The position numbers and the translations under genes are program-made. The notes under the pieces were generated by a model. The model saw only the letters and a list, made by a program, of their open reading frames with translations, had not been told where the DNA came from and ran no database searches. From a bacterium (lineage in GTDB: Bacteria; UBA8248), in NCBI GenBank assembly GCA_963692865.2, contig OY843592.1, forward strand, positions 704,001 to 768,000: a stretch of 64,000 bases of DNA. Direction: 5' to 3'. Numbering within the stretch: position 1 is the first letter of the stretch; the number at the start of each line of letters is the position of its first letter. Positions 34,081 through 45,178 of the stretch are shown piece after piece.

Positions 34081-34437
34081 ATGGAAACCGCTGCGAAAAG
34101 ACTGAGCATCGAGATTACCGACAAGGCGGTGGAGCACGTGAACCGCTTCATGGAACAAGAAGGAGCGCAGGGCCGCGTTCTCCGCGTCGGCGTGAAGGGG
34201 GGTGGTTGCTCCGGACTTTCCTACGTCCTCCAGTTCGAGGGAGAGGAGCGCATCAATCCGCTCATGGATGAGGTGTTCGAGAAAGAGGGCGTCCGTGTGG
34301 TCGTGGACAAGAAGAGCCTCTTTTTCCTGGCGGGCACGACGCTCGATTTCGAAGACGGGCTGATGGGCAAGGGGTTTGTGTTCAAGAATCCCAACGCGCG
34401 CCAGTCCTGTGGTTGCGGGGAAAGTTTTTCCGCGTAA
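34081..34437 (+). CDS. iscA: A-type Fe-S carrier
   Basis: GGGCSGLSY, NPNARQSCGCGESF. Confidence 0.95.
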   Translation: METAAKRLSIEITDKAVEHVNRFMEQEGAQGRVLRVGVKGGGCSGLSYVLQFEGEERINPLMDEVFEKEGVRVVVDKKSLFFLAGTTLDFEDGLMGKGFVFKNPNARQSCGCGESFSA

Positions 34438-34542
34438 CGGGACCGAACCCGAACGCGCCGCGCCCATACCGCATGGGATAGCGACGCGTTTTTCTTTTGA
34501 GTTCAAATCGCCCGGCGGTTCATGCGGGCCTGGAATCGCGAG

Positions 34543-35184
34543 ATGAGCGAAGCGACGAAAGAAAAGCCTTTTTCCGTTTTCAATGAGGATGGCGAAATTG
34601 AGGCGATTCCCGCCGGGGTGGATCATTTCGCCCTGCTGGGACTGGAGCGCAGGTTCGGCATCGACGCCGGTGCGCTCGAATCGAAATTCTACGAACTGAA
34701 CCGGAAGCTTCACCCCGATTTTTTCATGGATGCGCCCGTCGCGGTGCGGATCAGGAGTCTCGACGCTACCGCGCGCATCAACGAAGCGTACCAGACGCTC
34801 AAGGATCCTGTTGCGCGCGTCGTCTACCTCGTGCAGCTCGAAAGCGGAAGGCTCGAGGAGAACGAGCGGACGCCCCCGCCGGAATTGTTCGAGGAGATAT
34901 TCGAGGCCCAGGAGGCGGCGGAGGAGTTTCAGTGCTGCGCGGACGAGGAAGAAGCCGAGAATCTGCGCGAGCGACTCAACGCGGCCATGGAGTGCTTTTC
35001 GACACTTCGGGACGGACAACTCATGGCACTCGAAATGCTGGGCGCCGACTGGGACGAAGCGATCGAAAAAGACGAACCCGCCCCTTCTGAAGTGATAAGG
35101 AGGATGCGCTCTATTCTCGGACTGAGGAACTACATCGAGAACACCCTCGCGAGCCTCAAGCGCGCCTTGGAGGAGAGCGAATGA
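34543..35184 (+). CDS. hscB: Fe-S co-chaperone
   Basis: J-domain DHFALLG...LHPD...INEAYQTLKDP. Confidence 0.93.
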   Translation: MSEATKEKPFSVFNEDGEIEAIPAGVDHFALLGLERRFGIDAGALESKFYELNRKLHPDFFMDAPVAVRIRSLDATARINEAYQTLKDPVARVVYLVQLESGRLEENERTPPPELFEEIFEAQEAAEEFQCCADEEEAENLRERLNAAMECFSTLRDGQLMALEMLGADWDEAIEKDEPAPSEVIRRMRSILGLRNYIENTLASLKRALEESE

Positions 35185-37016
35185 GCGGGATCGTCGGGAT
35201 CGACCTGGGCACGACGAACAGCCTGGTCGCTTCCGTGTCGGAGGGCGAGCCGGCGATACTCGCGCCCGAGGGCGAGCGCGGCATCGTGCCCTCCGTGGTG
35301 AGCTTTCGCTCCGACCGCGTGCTCACCGGCGATGAGGCGCAGGACGAGCGCGTCTCCAACAGCCGGAACACCATTTTTTCCATCAAGCGATTCATGGGCA
35401 GGGGCTATGAAGACGTGAAGGATGATATGCGCCACCTGCCCTTCGACGCGGACCCCGATGAGCCGGAAGTCGCCCACGTGCTGGCGCAGGGGCGCTCCTA
35501 CAGCGCGCCCGAAGTCAGCGCCCTGGTGCTGAGGCGCCTGAAATCCCGCGCGGAGAAAACGCTCGGCAGGCCCGTTCTCCGGGCGGTGGTGACGGTTCCG
35601 GCGTATTTCAACGACGCGCAGCGCCAGGCGACGAAAGACGCTGGAAAGCTCGCGGGCCTGGAAGTGCTCCGCATCATCAACGAACCCACGGCGGCCTCGC
35701 TCGCCTACGGCCTCCATGAGCGAAACCGCGGCGTCGTCGCGGTCTACGACCTGGGCGGCGGCACGTTCGACATCTCGCTGCTCAGGATCAAGGACGGCGT
35801 GTTCGAGGTGCTCTCCACGGGTGGGGATACCCGCCTGGGCGGAGACGATTTCGATCGGGCGATCTCCCGCCGCATTCAGGAAGAAGTCCTGAAAGAACGC
35901 GGCGTGGATTTGAGCGAAACGCCCGGGGCGCTGGCCGAACTCGCTCTGGTGGCCGAAAACGTCAAGAAGACGCTCTCGGACAGCGAATCTACGGAATATA
36001 TCCTCGAAAACCCCGGCGGCGTCCCGCTCTCTCACAAGGGGAGTCTCACCCGCGAGGAGACGGAAGCGCTCCTCTGGCCCATCGCCCGGCGCACGCTGGC
36101 GCCTTGCAGGCGCGCGCTCTCGGACGCGGGCCTCACGCCCGGGGAAGTGGATGAGGTCGTTCTGGTGGGCGGTTCCACCCGCATGCCCCTCATCCGCCGC
36201 ATGGTGGAGGAGTTGTTCCAGAAAAAGCCGCACGCGGACCTGGACCCCGATGAGGTAGTGGCCCTGGGCGCCGCCGTGCAGGCGGACATCCTCTCGGGCG
36301 GCAGGAAGGACATGCTGCTTCTCGACGTGACGCCGCTTTCTTTGGGCATCGAGACCATGGGCGGCGTGATGGGGTGGATCATTCCGCGCAACACCACCAT
36401 CCCCACGAGCGCCAGGGAGACCTACACCACATTCAAGGACAACCAGACGGGCGTGGACATCCACGTACTCCAGGGCGAGCGTGAACTCGTGAGGGACAAC
36501 CGCTCGCTCGCGCGTTTCCGCCTCGCGGTCGATCCGGCGCCCGCAGGCCTCGCCCGGGTGGAAGTGACGTTTCTGCTCGACGCCAACGGCATCCTGAACG
36601 TTACCGCCCGCGACCTCAGAAGCGGCAAGGCGGCCTCGGTGGAGGTGCAGCCTTCCTACGGGCTGACGGATGAGCAGGTCGAGCGCATGCTCATCGAATC
36701 GTTCGAACACGCCGAGCAGGACATCCGCTCCCGACAGGTTCTGGACGCCAGAACGGAGGCGGAGACCATCCTCATGGCGGCGGCCCGCGCGATGAACGAT
36801 TATGGAGAAGACGTTGTCTCTCCCGAGGAGCGCGCGAAGATTCATGAGGCGGTGAGCGCACTGGAAGAGTCCTGCCGGGGCGAGGACGCAGGCCGGATTC
36901 GCGATATGGTCGACGCACTCAACGAAGTCACGATGCCGCTCGCGGAGCGGATGATGGATAATGTTTTAAAATCTGCCCTGGAGAACAAGAGGGTGAGCGA
37001 AGCCCTCAAAGACTAG
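35181..37016 (+). CDS. hscA: Fe-S chaperone, Hsp70 family
   Basis: [23 protein letters not shown]; operon position. Confidence 0.95.
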   Translation: MSGIVGIDLGTTNSLVASVSEGEPAILAPEGERGIVPSVVSFRSDRVLTGDEAQDERVSNSRNTIFSIKRFMGRGYEDVKDDMRHLPFDADPDEPEVAHVLAQGRSYSAPEVSALVLRRLKSRAEKTLGRPVLRAVVTVPAYFNDAQRQATKDAGKLAGLEVLRIINEPTAASLAYGLHERNRGVVAVYDLGGGTFDISLLRIKDGVFEVLSTGGDTRLGGDDFDRAISRRIQEEVLKERGVDLSETPGALAELALVAENVKKTLSDSESTEYILENPGGVPLSHKGSLTREETEALLWPIARRTLAPCRRALSDAGLTPGEVDEVVLVGGSTRMPLIRRMVEELFQKKPHADLDPDEVVALGAAVQADILSGGRKDMLLLDVTPLSLGIETMGGVMGWIIPRNTTIPTSARETYTTFKDNQTGVDIHVLQGERELVRDNRSLARFRLAVDPAPAGLARVEVTFLLDANGILNVTARDLRSGKAASVEVQPSYGLTDEQVERMLIESFEHAEQDIRSRQVLDARTEAETILMAAARAMNDYGEDVVSPEERAKIHEAVSALEESCRGEDAGRIRDMVDALNEVTMPLAERMMDNVLKSALENKRVSEALKD

Positions 37017-37055
37017 AAACCGCGGGGCGACTCGAGCGGAGTGCAGGGGAAGAAA

Positions 37056-37412
37056 ATGGCGAAACTTTATTTCAAGGAAGAGAAACAGACGATAGAGATC
37101 CATGAGGGCGAGAACATTCTCGAAGTGGCGCTTGAAAACGGCTTCGACCTGGATCATGCCTGCGGCGGCGTGTGCGCCTGCTCGACGTGCCACGTGAAGA
37201 TCCGGACCGGAGCGGATTGTTTCAACGAATCCACCGAGGATGAGGAAGATCAGCTCGACGACGCGCGCGACGTGGACCTCGACAGCCGCCTGGCCTGCCA
37301 GGCGACGCTGGAGACCGACACGGACGAGGTCATCGAAATCGAGGTGCCGTTCTGGAACGTGAACCTCGTGCAGGAAGGCCCGGACGCCGCCCGGGAGCAG
37401 CACGCCCATTAG
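37056..37412 (+). CDS. fdx: ISC-type [2Fe-2S] ferredoxin
   Basis: HACGGVCACSTCH...SRLACQ. Confidence 0.95.
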   Translation: MAKLYFKEEKQTIEIHEGENILEVALENGFDLDHACGGVCACSTCHVKIRTGADCFNESTEDEEDQLDDARDVDLDSRLACQATLETDTDEVIEIEVPFWNVNLVQEGPDAAREQHAH

Positions 37413-37437
37413 CAAATTCGGTTCAGGAGAAAAACCG

Positions 37438-37656
37438 GTGGACACGTTTGGCTGGGAAGACGCCGAGGACATCGGCATCGCGCTGTATGAGAAATTTCCG
37501 AAGATCGACCCGCTCTCCGTCCGTTTTACCGATCTGCACGAGTGGGTGTGCGGACTCGAGGAGTTCGAAGACGAGCCGATGTCCTCGACGGAGGGCAAGC
37601 TCGAGGCCATCCAGATGGCGTGGCTCGAAGAATACAAGGATGCGCAGGAAGCGTAA
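37438..37656 (+). CDS. iscX: Fe-S assembly protein IscX
   Basis: W.D..DI.IAL...DPLSVRFTDLHEWV...LEAIQMAW. Confidence 0.93.
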   Translation: MDTFGWEDAEDIGIALYEKFPKIDPLSVRFTDLHEWVCGLEEFEDEPMSSTEGKLEAIQMAWLEEYKDAQEA

Positions 37657-37747
37657 GCACATTTCCCTTTTATAGAGCGACGGTGCGATCTTCCGGCTAC
37701 GCCATGAGGCGGGTCGAACCTGTAGAGATTGATTCGGGGCGATTGAC

Positions 37748-38557
37748 GTGAGCGAAGAACGACGCGCGGACGGAAAAATACTGCTCTCCCGCAAGGACGC
37801 GGTGGCGACCATCACCTTCAACGCGCCCGAGCGTCTGAACGCCATCGAGTACGAGATGTGGGTGGAAATCGGAAGCCTCATGCCCGAACTCGATGCGGAC
37901 GATTCGGTGCGCGCCGTCGTCTTCAGGGGCGCCGGCGAGCGCGCCTTCTCGGCCGGGGCGGACATCTCGCGCTTCAAGCAGGAGCGCTACAGTTCAGCGC
38001 AAGCGAAACATTTCTCGGAAACGGGCTTCCTGCGCGGCCTCGATGCCGTCGATGCGTTTTCCAAGCCCGTCATCTGCCTCATTCGCGGCGCCTGCGTGGG
38101 CGGGGGCGTGGAGCTCGCCGCCGCGACGGATCTGCGGGTCGCGGGCGAGAGTTCTCGCTTCGGCATACCGGTGGCCAAACTCGGCCTCGTGGCGGGTTAT
38201 TCCGAACTCAGGCGCTTCGTGTATTCCATCGGCCCCGCGCGCACGCTGGACATGCTGCTCACCGCCAAGCTCTTCACGGCCCGGGAGATGCTCGACGCCG
38301 GTTTTCTGGCGCGCGTCGTGCCGGACGAGGAAGTGGAAGCGGCGGCGTATGAGATGGCGGAGCGCATCGTTTCCCTGGCGCCCCTCGTTCACAAGTGGCA
38401 CAAGGGTTTCGTGAAGAAGGTGCTGCTCGACCCGGGCCTCTCCACGCTCACCGAAGAGGAGAAGGCGCGCGAGTTCGCCTGCTTCGACACCGAAGACTTC
38501 AGAGAGGGCGTGGAAGCGTTTCTGAACAAGCGCGCGCCCGAGTTCCGGGGAAAATAG
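37748..38557 (+). CDS. enoyl-CoA hydratase/isomerase family protein
   Basis: AFSAGADI, GACVGGG, DFREGVEAFLNKRAPEF. Confidence 0.92.
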   Translation: MSEERRADGKILLSRKDAVATITFNAPERLNAIEYEMWVEIGSLMPELDADDSVRAVVFRGAGERAFSAGADISRFKQERYSSAQAKHFSETGFLRGLDAVDAFSKPVICLIRGACVGGGVELAAATDLRVAGESSRFGIPVAKLGLVAGYSELRRFVYSIGPARTLDMLLTAKLFTAREMLDAGFLARVVPDEEVEAAAYEMAERIVSLAPLVHKWHKGFVKKVLLDPGLSTLTEEEKAREFACFDTEDFREGVEAFLNKRAPEFRGK

Positions 38558-38562
38558 AACAG

Positions 38563-39765
38563 ATGAGCCGGAAGACCGGCGGGCCGCTCGAGGGCGTTCG
38601 CGTGCTGGAGGTCTGCCAGGTGATGGCCGGCCCGTTCTGCGGTTGCCTGCTGGCGGATATGGGTGCTGACGTCATCAAGATCGAAAACCCCGACGGCGGC
38701 GACAGCGCGCGTCATCTGGGCCGCTATTTCGAAGGCGGCGAGGCGCACGGCTTCATGAACCTGAACCGCAACAAGCGCAGCGTGGCGGTGAACATGAAAT
38801 CGCCCGAAGGCGCCGCGCTCATGAAAGAACTGGCGCGAGGGGTCGACGTGTTCGTCGAGAACATACGGCCCGGCATCATGACCAGGCTCGGCCTGGGTTA
38901 TGAGGACCTGAAAGAAATCAACCCGGGCCTCGTCTACGCCTCCATCTCGGGCTACGGCGATACGGGGCCATTCGCGGGCAAGGGCGGGTTCGACCTCGTC
39001 TCACAGGGGCTTTCGAGCCTCATGAGCTTCACGGGCGAGCCGGGCGGCGCGCCCGCGAAGATTCCCGTTCCGATCTGCGATCTGAACGCAGGGATGTACA
39101 CGGCGCTCTCGATTCTCTCCGCCTACATCCACAAGCAGCGCACCGGCCAGGGTCAGCGCATCGACATGGCGCTGACCGACGCAGGGCTGGGCTACACCTT
39201 CTGGCAGGCGTCCCAGTTTTTCCCCTCCGGCGAGCCGCCGGAACCCCTAGGCTCCGCGCACGAGATGACGGCGCCCTACCAGGCCTTTCAGTGCAAAGAC
39301 GGCTACATGGCCCTAGGCGCCGCCAACCAGAGGAACTGGGAGCTTTTCTGCGCGACCATCGGGCGAGAAGATTTACTGGAGCGTGAGGAATACGCCACCG
39401 ACGGCTTAAGGCGCGAGAACTATCTCGCGCTCGCGGGGGAGCTCGAAGAGGTGTTCATCGGGAAGACGCGGGATGAATGGGTGGCGCTTCTGGATTCGGG
39501 CGGAATCCCCTGCGGGCCGATTCTCAACATGGCGGAGACCTTCGCGCATCCCCAGATTCAGGCCAGGGAGATGAGCGTCGAGATGGAGCACCCCGCGGCG
39601 GGCCGATTGCGGGTTCTGGGCTTCCCGCCCAAGCTCTCTGCGACGCGCGTCGGCGTGAGGACGCCCGCGCCCCTATTGGGAGAGCATACCGACGAGGTGC
39701 TGCGCGAGTTCGGAACGAGCGAGGATGAAATAAAGAACCTGCGGGCTGCGGGCGTCGTGGCCTGA
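38563..39765 (+). CDS. CoA-transferase family III (CaiB/BaiF)
   Basis: GPLEGVRVLE, GADVIKIE, NRNKRS, VENIRPG, LGEHT. Confidence 0.93.
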   Translation: MSRKTGGPLEGVRVLEVCQVMAGPFCGCLLADMGADVIKIENPDGGDSARHLGRYFEGGEAHGFMNLNRNKRSVAVNMKSPEGAALMKELARGVDVFVENIRPGIMTRLGLGYEDLKEINPGLVYASISGYGDTGPFAGKGGFDLVSQGLSSLMSFTGEPGGAPAKIPVPICDLNAGMYTALSILSAYIHKQRTGQGQRIDMALTDAGLGYTFWQASQFFPSGEPPEPLGSAHEMTAPYQAFQCKDGYMALGAANQRNWELFCATIGREDLLEREEYATDGLRRENYLALAGELEEVFIGKTRDEWVALLDSGGIPCGPILNMAETFAHPQIQAREMSVEMEHPAAGRLRVLGFPPKLSATRVGVRTPAPLLGEHTDEVLREFGTSEDEIKNLRAAGVVA

Positions 39766-39769
39766 GCGC

Positions 39770-40483
39770 ATGGGCAAACCGCCGCCGCCCCTCTCCCCCG
39801 GCGTCTACCTCGTCGCCACGCCGATTGGAAATCTCGAAGACATCACGCAGCGCGCCTTGAGAGTCTTGCGCGAATGCGATCTCATCGCGTGCGAGGACAC
39901 GCGCCACACGGGCAGGCTGCTCTCGCGCTTAGGCATAAAGAAACCGCTCGTTAGCTATCACGAACACAACGAGGCGAGGCGCGCGGGCGAATTGGCCGGG
40001 CGCGCGTTGGGCGGCGAGCGCATCGCCGTCGTGTCGGATGCGGGCACGCCGGGCGTCTCAGACCCCGCATACCGGGTGGTTCGCGCCGCCATCGAGGCGG
40101 GCGTCGCCGTCGTCCCCGTACCGGGGGCGTCTTCGGTTCTGGCCGCGCTCACCGCCTCGGGTCTCCCCACCGACAGCTTCGTCTTCGAGGGGTTCCTTCC
40201 CCCCAAGGGCCGGAAGAGGCTTCAAAAAATCGAGGCGCTGCTCGATGAGGAGCGCACGGTCGTCGTGTTCGAATCGCCCCATAGAACGCCAAGGCTGGTT
40301 GGCGAAATCGCCGACCTGGCGCCCGCGCGGCCCCTGGCCCTTGCGCGCGAGATCACGAAACTCCACGAGGAGATCCTGAGAGGCGCGGCGCGTGAACTGG
40401 GCGAGAAACTCAAAGACAAAAAGATAAAGGGCGAATGCGTCCTGCTCATCGGCCCGAAGCGGATGGAGAAGACGGAGGATTGA
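39770..40483 (+). CDS. rsmI: 16S rRNA (cytidine1402-2'-O)-methyltransferase
   Basis: VATPIGNLEDIT, CEDTR, SDAGTPGVSDP, FESPHR, REITKLHEE. Confidence 0.96.
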   Translation: MGKPPPPLSPGVYLVATPIGNLEDITQRALRVLRECDLIACEDTRHTGRLLSRLGIKKPLVSYHEHNEARRAGELAGRALGGERIAVVSDAGTPGVSDPAYRVVRAAIEAGVAVVPVPGASSVLAALTASGLPTDSFVFEGFLPPKGRKRLQKIEALLDEERTVVVFESPHRTPRLVGEIADLAPARPLALAREITKLHEEILRGAARELGEKLKDKKIKGECVLLIGPKRMEKTED

Positions 40484-40562
40484 TGGGGCAAGGCAGCCCT
40501 GAGCGATTTGATGTATGATCGCCGTTTCCCGAATGACCCGCCACGCCTTCAGGAGACACCTC

Positions 40563-41423
40563 ATGACGCGCCCGCCCATCGCCGCGATCGCCCTCACGAT
40601 TTTTCTTGCTTTCATCGCCGCCGCATTCGCCGCGCCCAAGAGCGGCTCGAAGAAGGCCGGAGAGACCGTCGTCGCGCGTGTCGGAGACATGCCGATAACG
40701 CTCGGGGCATTTAACGCCTTCATCCGCCAGTTGCCCGCCAACATGCAGGCGCAGGCGCAAGCGAACAAGCCGGCGTTCCTGGAAGCCCTCATTCAGCGCA
40801 TGCTCATGCTCCGCCATGCGGATGAGAGCGGTTTCCTCGCCACCGAGCGGGTGAAGATGCAGATCGAGCGCGCGCGGCGCGAGATTCTCATCGGCGAGGC
40901 GCTTCGCAGAATCGAGGAGGGCGCGAAACCCAAGGCGTCCGAGATTCGCGCGGAGTATGAGCAAAACAAGGCGAAATACACGGAAGGGGGCAAGGTAACC
41001 GCGTCGCACATCATGGTGGCGACGGAAAAAGATGCGAAGGATTTGCTTGCGAAGATTGCGAAAGGAGAGGATTTCGCCGAACTCGCGAAGCAGTATTCCC
41101 TGGCGCCCGAACGCGCGCTCGGCGGGAGCCTGGGCGAGATGAGCCGGGGCCACAGCAAGAGGACGGGCCTGCCCGAGATCATCGAGCAGACGGCGTTTTC
41201 GCTGGGGCCGGGCGCGCACAGCGGCGTGGTGCGCAGCGTCTACGGCTGGCACGTCGTGAAAACCTCCAAAAAGGAGGGGGGAAGACAACTCGGCTTCGAC
41301 GACGTCAAAGAGAAAATCACCAAGGAGATGGGCGAGCGGTACAGGCGGGATGCGATGCAGAAGAAGTTTCTGGAACTCACCGGGCGCTACAAGGTGAAGA
41401 GGTATTACGAAAACCTGAAATAA
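40563..41423 (+). CDS. parvulin-type peptidyl-prolyl isomerase (PrsA/PpiC-like), exported
   Basis: ASHIMV, FAELAKQYS, GGSLG, YGWHVV. Confidence 0.9.
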   Translation: MTRPPIAAIALTIFLAFIAAAFAAPKSGSKKAGETVVARVGDMPITLGAFNAFIRQLPANMQAQAQANKPAFLEALIQRMLMLRHADESGFLATERVKMQIERARREILIGEALRRIEEGAKPKASEIRAEYEQNKAKYTEGGKVTASHIMVATEKDAKDLLAKIAKGEDFAELAKQYSLAPERALGGSLGEMSRGHSKRTGLPEIIEQTAFSLGPGAHSGVVRSVYGWHVVKTSKKEGGRQLGFDDVKEKITKEMGERYRRDAMQKKFLELTGRYKVKRYYENLK

Positions 41424-41429
41424 CCCCTC

Positions 41430-42737
41430 CTACCTCGGCTCGAGGCCGTGTTTTTTCATGTAGGCCTGCAGCCAGAGCGCCAGGGCTAACGAGACGAACA
41501 TGAAGGCGATGATCGTCAGGAAGGGAATGAGGTAGCTTTTCGTGTAATCGAACATGAAGCCCGCGAACGGAGCGCCGATGACGCCTCCCAGCCCGTAGCA
41601 GATCTCCATGAAGCCGATGATGACGCCGTAGGTGCGGCCCCCGAAGCAATCCCCCGCCAGGGCGGAATAGCACGCGCTCATGGCGCCGATGCCGATCCCG
41701 TACACGAGCGCAAAGGCGTAGCCCGGCAGGATGCCCCCGCCGAAGTAGGGGATGAGAATGAGGAGCGTCAGGCCCGCCGCCACCACCACGGCTGCGAGCG
41801 CCACCCCGCGCCCGCGCCCGATGATGTCGCCCACCCATCCGCCGCCGATGCTGCCGAACGTCCGGATGAAGCCGACGGAGCCGAAGATGACCGCCGCAAG
41901 GGCGGTGCCGTATCCCACGTCGACGAGATAGAGCTGCAACTGGCTCATGATGGTGTTGTTGTTGAGCCCGATGGCGAAGACCATGAGGATGAGGCACCAG
42001 AAGCGGATGTCGTGCCTCACGACGGAGAAGACTTCCCACACGCCCTTGCCCTCGCCGCCGTGGCCGACGCCCGCTCTCGCCAATTCCTCGGGCGTGCGCG
42101 GCGGACCGCCGTCCGGCCCCTGGCCGACGTCTTCGGGTACGTCGCGCAGGAGCAGAAATGCGGCAGGCGCTACGACGCACAACAAGACCAGGCCGTAAAT
42201 CACGTACGTGTAGCGCCAGCCGACGGACGCGATGAGCCGCTCGATCAGCGGTGCCAGTATGAGAATGCCGATCCCGATGCCGGAGAGCGCGATGCCCGTG
42301 GCGCGGCCTCTCTTCCTCACGAACCAGCGCGGCATGATGGCGCTGTGCGTGGAGAAGCCGCTCAGCGAGAGGCCGTAGCCAGCGAAAAGCCCGAACAGGA
42401 CGTAGAGGTGCCAGAGCGAGGAGACGAAGAAACACGCCATGAACGTGAGGCCGAGTATCACCGAACCCCAGGGCATGATGGCGCGCGGGCCTTTTTTCTC
42501 GAGAAGCGAGCCCGCGAACGGCGCGCCGAAGGCGTAGGTGGCCATCGAGAGCGAGAACGCCCCGCTCAGAAGGCCCCGGCTCCAGCCGAATTCCTCCAGC
42601 AGCGGAACCTGGAAGATGCCGAAGGAAAACCGCGTGACGACGTGAAACGCCAGCGTGGCGAAAGAGAACCAGACGATGAGCCAGCCGTAATAGAATCCGG
42701 GCTTATTGGCGGAGCCGCTTCCTGGGGGTTTGGACAT
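41430..42737 (-). CDS. MFS transporter
   Basis: About 12 TM segments; YYGWLIV, RWFVRKRGRATG, GWVGDIIGR. Confidence 0.9.
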   Translation of the reverse strand: MSKPPGSGSANKPGFYYGWLIVWFSFATLAFHVVTRFSFGIFQVPLLEEFGWSRGLLSGAFSLSMATYAFGAPFAGSLLEKKGPRAIMPWGSVILGLTFMACFFVSSLWHLYVLFGLFAGYGLSLSGFSTHSAIMPRWFVRKRGRATGIALSGIGIGILILAPLIERLIASVGWRYTYVIYGLVLLCVVAPAAFLLLRDVPEDVGQGPDGGPPRTPEELARAGVGHGGEGKGVWEVFSVVRHDIRFWCLILMVFAIGLNNNTIMSQLQLYLVDVGYGTALAAVIFGSVGFIRTFGSIGGGWVGDIIGRGRGVALAAVVVAAGLTLLILIPYFGGGILPGYAFALVYGIGIGAMSACYSALAGDCFGGRTYGVIIGFMEICYGLGGVIGAPFAGFMFDYTKSYLIPFLTIIAFMFVSLALALWLQAYMKKHGLEPR

Positions 42738-42830
42738 GCGCATCCTTGCTCTGATGAATCACGTTCGTGGTCGTATCCCGAAAAACGGGGGGAGTATACA
42801 CGCCGCCCGCGCTTCGGGAGAAGCGATGTC

Positions 42831-43733
42831 TCAAACCTCCCCAAAGCACATCGCCGTCTGGACGTGGATGTCCACGGTGTCCGCGGGGTTCACGGAGTAG
42901 CCCCCGCCGAGCGTTCCCGCGACCGGAATCCCGCGCGCACGGCATTCTGCGAGTATGTAAGCGTCGCGCCGCTTGAGGCCTTCTTTCGAGAGCTTGAGCG
43001 TTCCGAGCTGATCCCCGGCATAGGGGTCCGCCCCCGCCTGGTACATCACCAAGTCGGGCTTGTGTTCATCGAGAACCTTCGGGATGTGCTTTTCGAGATG
43101 CGGCAGGTATTCGTCTTCCGTCGCGAGGTCGTAGAGGCCGATGTCCAGATCGCTTCTTTTCTTTTGCGGGTAGATGTTCTCCTGGTGGATGGAGAACGTG
43201 AACACCGCCTCCTCGCGCCTGAAGATGACGGCGGTGCCGTTTCCCTGGTGCAGGTCGCAGTCGATAATGGCAGCTCGCTCGATGACGCCCTCTTTCATGA
43301 GGACGCGCACGGCGACCGCAAGGTCGTTCACGTAGCAGAACCCCTCGGCCTGATCGGCGAAGGCGTGGTGGAAGCCCCCGGTGAGGTTGAGCGCGCGGCC
43401 CCTTTCGAGCGCCTCGCGCGCGGCGAGAACCGTGCCGCCCGTCGCGAGAAAGCTCGCGTCCACGATCTGCTTGCTGATGGGGAGTTCGCTCGGCGCCGTG
43501 CGCGCGGTATGGACGCCCGAGCGCAGGTCCGCCAGATATTCCTGCGTGTGGACGAGGGCCAGTTCCTCTTCGCCCGCCATGCGCGGCGCGAGAAAGGCGC
43601 TCTCGGGCAGCCCGGCCTCTCTGAGTTTGGCGTGGGTTTTCTGGTATTTCCCGGCCTGCAGGACGTGCCGGCCGATGTAGGCGTAATAGCCTTCGTGAAA
43701 GATGAAAACGCAGTGCTCGGGAGGCGCTCTCAT
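42831..43733 (-). CDS. histone deacetylase family protein (class IV-like)
   Basis: GGFHHA, GFCYVND, DCDLHQGNG, AGADP, GGGY. Confidence 0.93.
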   Translation of the reverse strand: MRAPPEHCVFIFHEGYYAYIGRHVLQAGKYQKTHAKLREAGLPESAFLAPRMAGEEELALVHTQEYLADLRSGVHTARTAPSELPISKQIVDASFLATGGTVLAAREALERGRALNLTGGFHHAFADQAEGFCYVNDLAVAVRVLMKEGVIERAAIIDCDLHQGNGTAVIFRREEAVFTFSIHQENIYPQKKRSDLDIGLYDLATEDEYLPHLEKHIPKVLDEHKPDLVMYQAGADPYAGDQLGTLKLSKEGLKRRDAYILAECRARGIPVAGTLGGGYSVNPADTVDIHVQTAMCFGEV

Positions 43734-43740
43734 CGCGGGG

Positions 43741-44940
43741 CTAGATGACGCCCTTGTCTCTTAAGCCGGCGATGGCCGAGGCGTCGTAGCCGATTCCCTC
43801 CAGCACCTCGTCGGTGTGCTTGCCCATCGGCGGCCCCGCCCAGCGGATCGTGCCCGGCGAGCCGTTCAGCCTGGGGATGACGTTCTGCATCCTGATGGGG
43901 CCGAGCTCCTCATCCTCCACGGTGGTGATGGTCTCGCGCGCCTGCACTTGGGGGTCCGCCATGAACTGGGCCACGTCGTAGATGGGACCCAGCGCGCATT
44001 CGTGCGCCTCGAAGTGGGCGATCGTCTCATCGAGCGTGCGCTCGCCTATCCAGCCCTGGATGGCGTCGTCGAGCTCATTCATGTGCTCCACCCGGCCCGC
44101 CTGGGTGATCATCCGGGGGTCGTCGCCCAGGTCCTCGCGCCCCACGGCGCGCATGACGCGCTTGAAGATGTTCTCCGCACTCGCCGATATCACGACGTAG
44201 CGCCCGTCCTTGCAGCGGTAGGCGTTTCTGGGCGCGGCGAAGGGAATGGCGTTTCCGGTGCGGGTCTGGACGTAGCCGAGCTGGTCGTATTCGAGCGGCT
44301 GGGGGCCCAGCACCATGGTGATGGGCTCGTAGATGGCGATGTCGATCTCCTGGCCGGGCGCGTCGTGCACGTCTCGGTGGTAGAGCGCCATCATCACGGC
44401 GTAGGTGCCGCACAGCGCGCTGATGCCGTCGGCCAGGGCGAAGGGCGGCAGCGTGGGCGGCCCGTCGGGAAAACCCGTGATGTGCGCGAAGCCGCTCATC
44501 GCCTCCGCCAGCGTGCCGAAGCCGGGCCTTTGCGCGTAGGGGCCCTTTTGCCCGAAACCGCTCGTCCGCGCGAGGATGAGCTTGGGGTTCAAGGCATGGA
44601 GGCTCTCCCAGGAAAGGCCCCATCTTTCCATCGTGCCGGGGCGGAAGTTCTCCACCAGGACGTCCGCGCTCTCGCACAGCCTGCGGAGGATATCCTGCCC
44701 CTCGGGCGAGGAGATGTTGCAGGTGATGGACTTCTTGTTGCGGCTCGCGAGCTTCCACCAGAGCGAGACGCCGTCTTTCTGGGAGGCGAAGTTTCTCAAG
44801 GAATCGCCGCGCGGGTGCTCGATCTTGATCACCTCGGCGCCGAAATCCGCCATGTAGGTGGCAATCCAGGGGCCGGCGAAGAGGGTTCCGATGTCGATGA
44901 CCCGCACGCCCTCGAGCGGCATTTTTTTGGTTTCGTTCAT
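43741..44940 (-). CDS. CoA-transferase family III (CaiB/BaiF)
   Basis: PLEGVRVID, GAEVIKIEHP, RNKKS, VENFRPG. Confidence 0.93.
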   Translation of the reverse strand: MNETKKMPLEGVRVIDIGTLFAGPWIATYMADFGAEVIKIEHPRGDSLRNFASQKDGVSLWWKLASRNKKSITCNISSPEGQDILRRLCESADVLVENFRPGTMERWGLSWESLHALNPKLILARTSGFGQKGPYAQRPGFGTLAEAMSGFAHITGFPDGPPTLPPFALADGISALCGTYAVMMALYHRDVHDAPGQEIDIAIYEPITMVLGPQPLEYDQLGYVQTRTGNAIPFAAPRNAYRCKDGRYVVISASAENIFKRVMRAVGREDLGDDPRMITQAGRVEHMNELDDAIQGWIGERTLDETIAHFEAHECALGPIYDVAQFMADPQVQARETITTVEDEELGPIRMQNVIPRLNGSPGTIRWAGPPMGKHTDEVLEGIGYDASAIAGLRDKGVI

Positions 44941-45178
44941 GGAATCGGCGCTTCCTTGGGTTCGGGGGCCGACGCCTTACGGCCCCGGACGGGTTCACGA
45001 AACGCGTTTCGCGGGACGCCCCGATGGTAGCAAAGCGCGGATGCCCCGGCAACGATTTGCGGGGATTCTCATCAACGTCCTTGTCGTTTGTTGGCAATGG
45101 ACTTGGGCTTCCGATATTGGGATAATCGGGAGAGTCGAGAGGCTCCTTTCCGGGCCTTGCCGCATTCGGAGGTTTCGC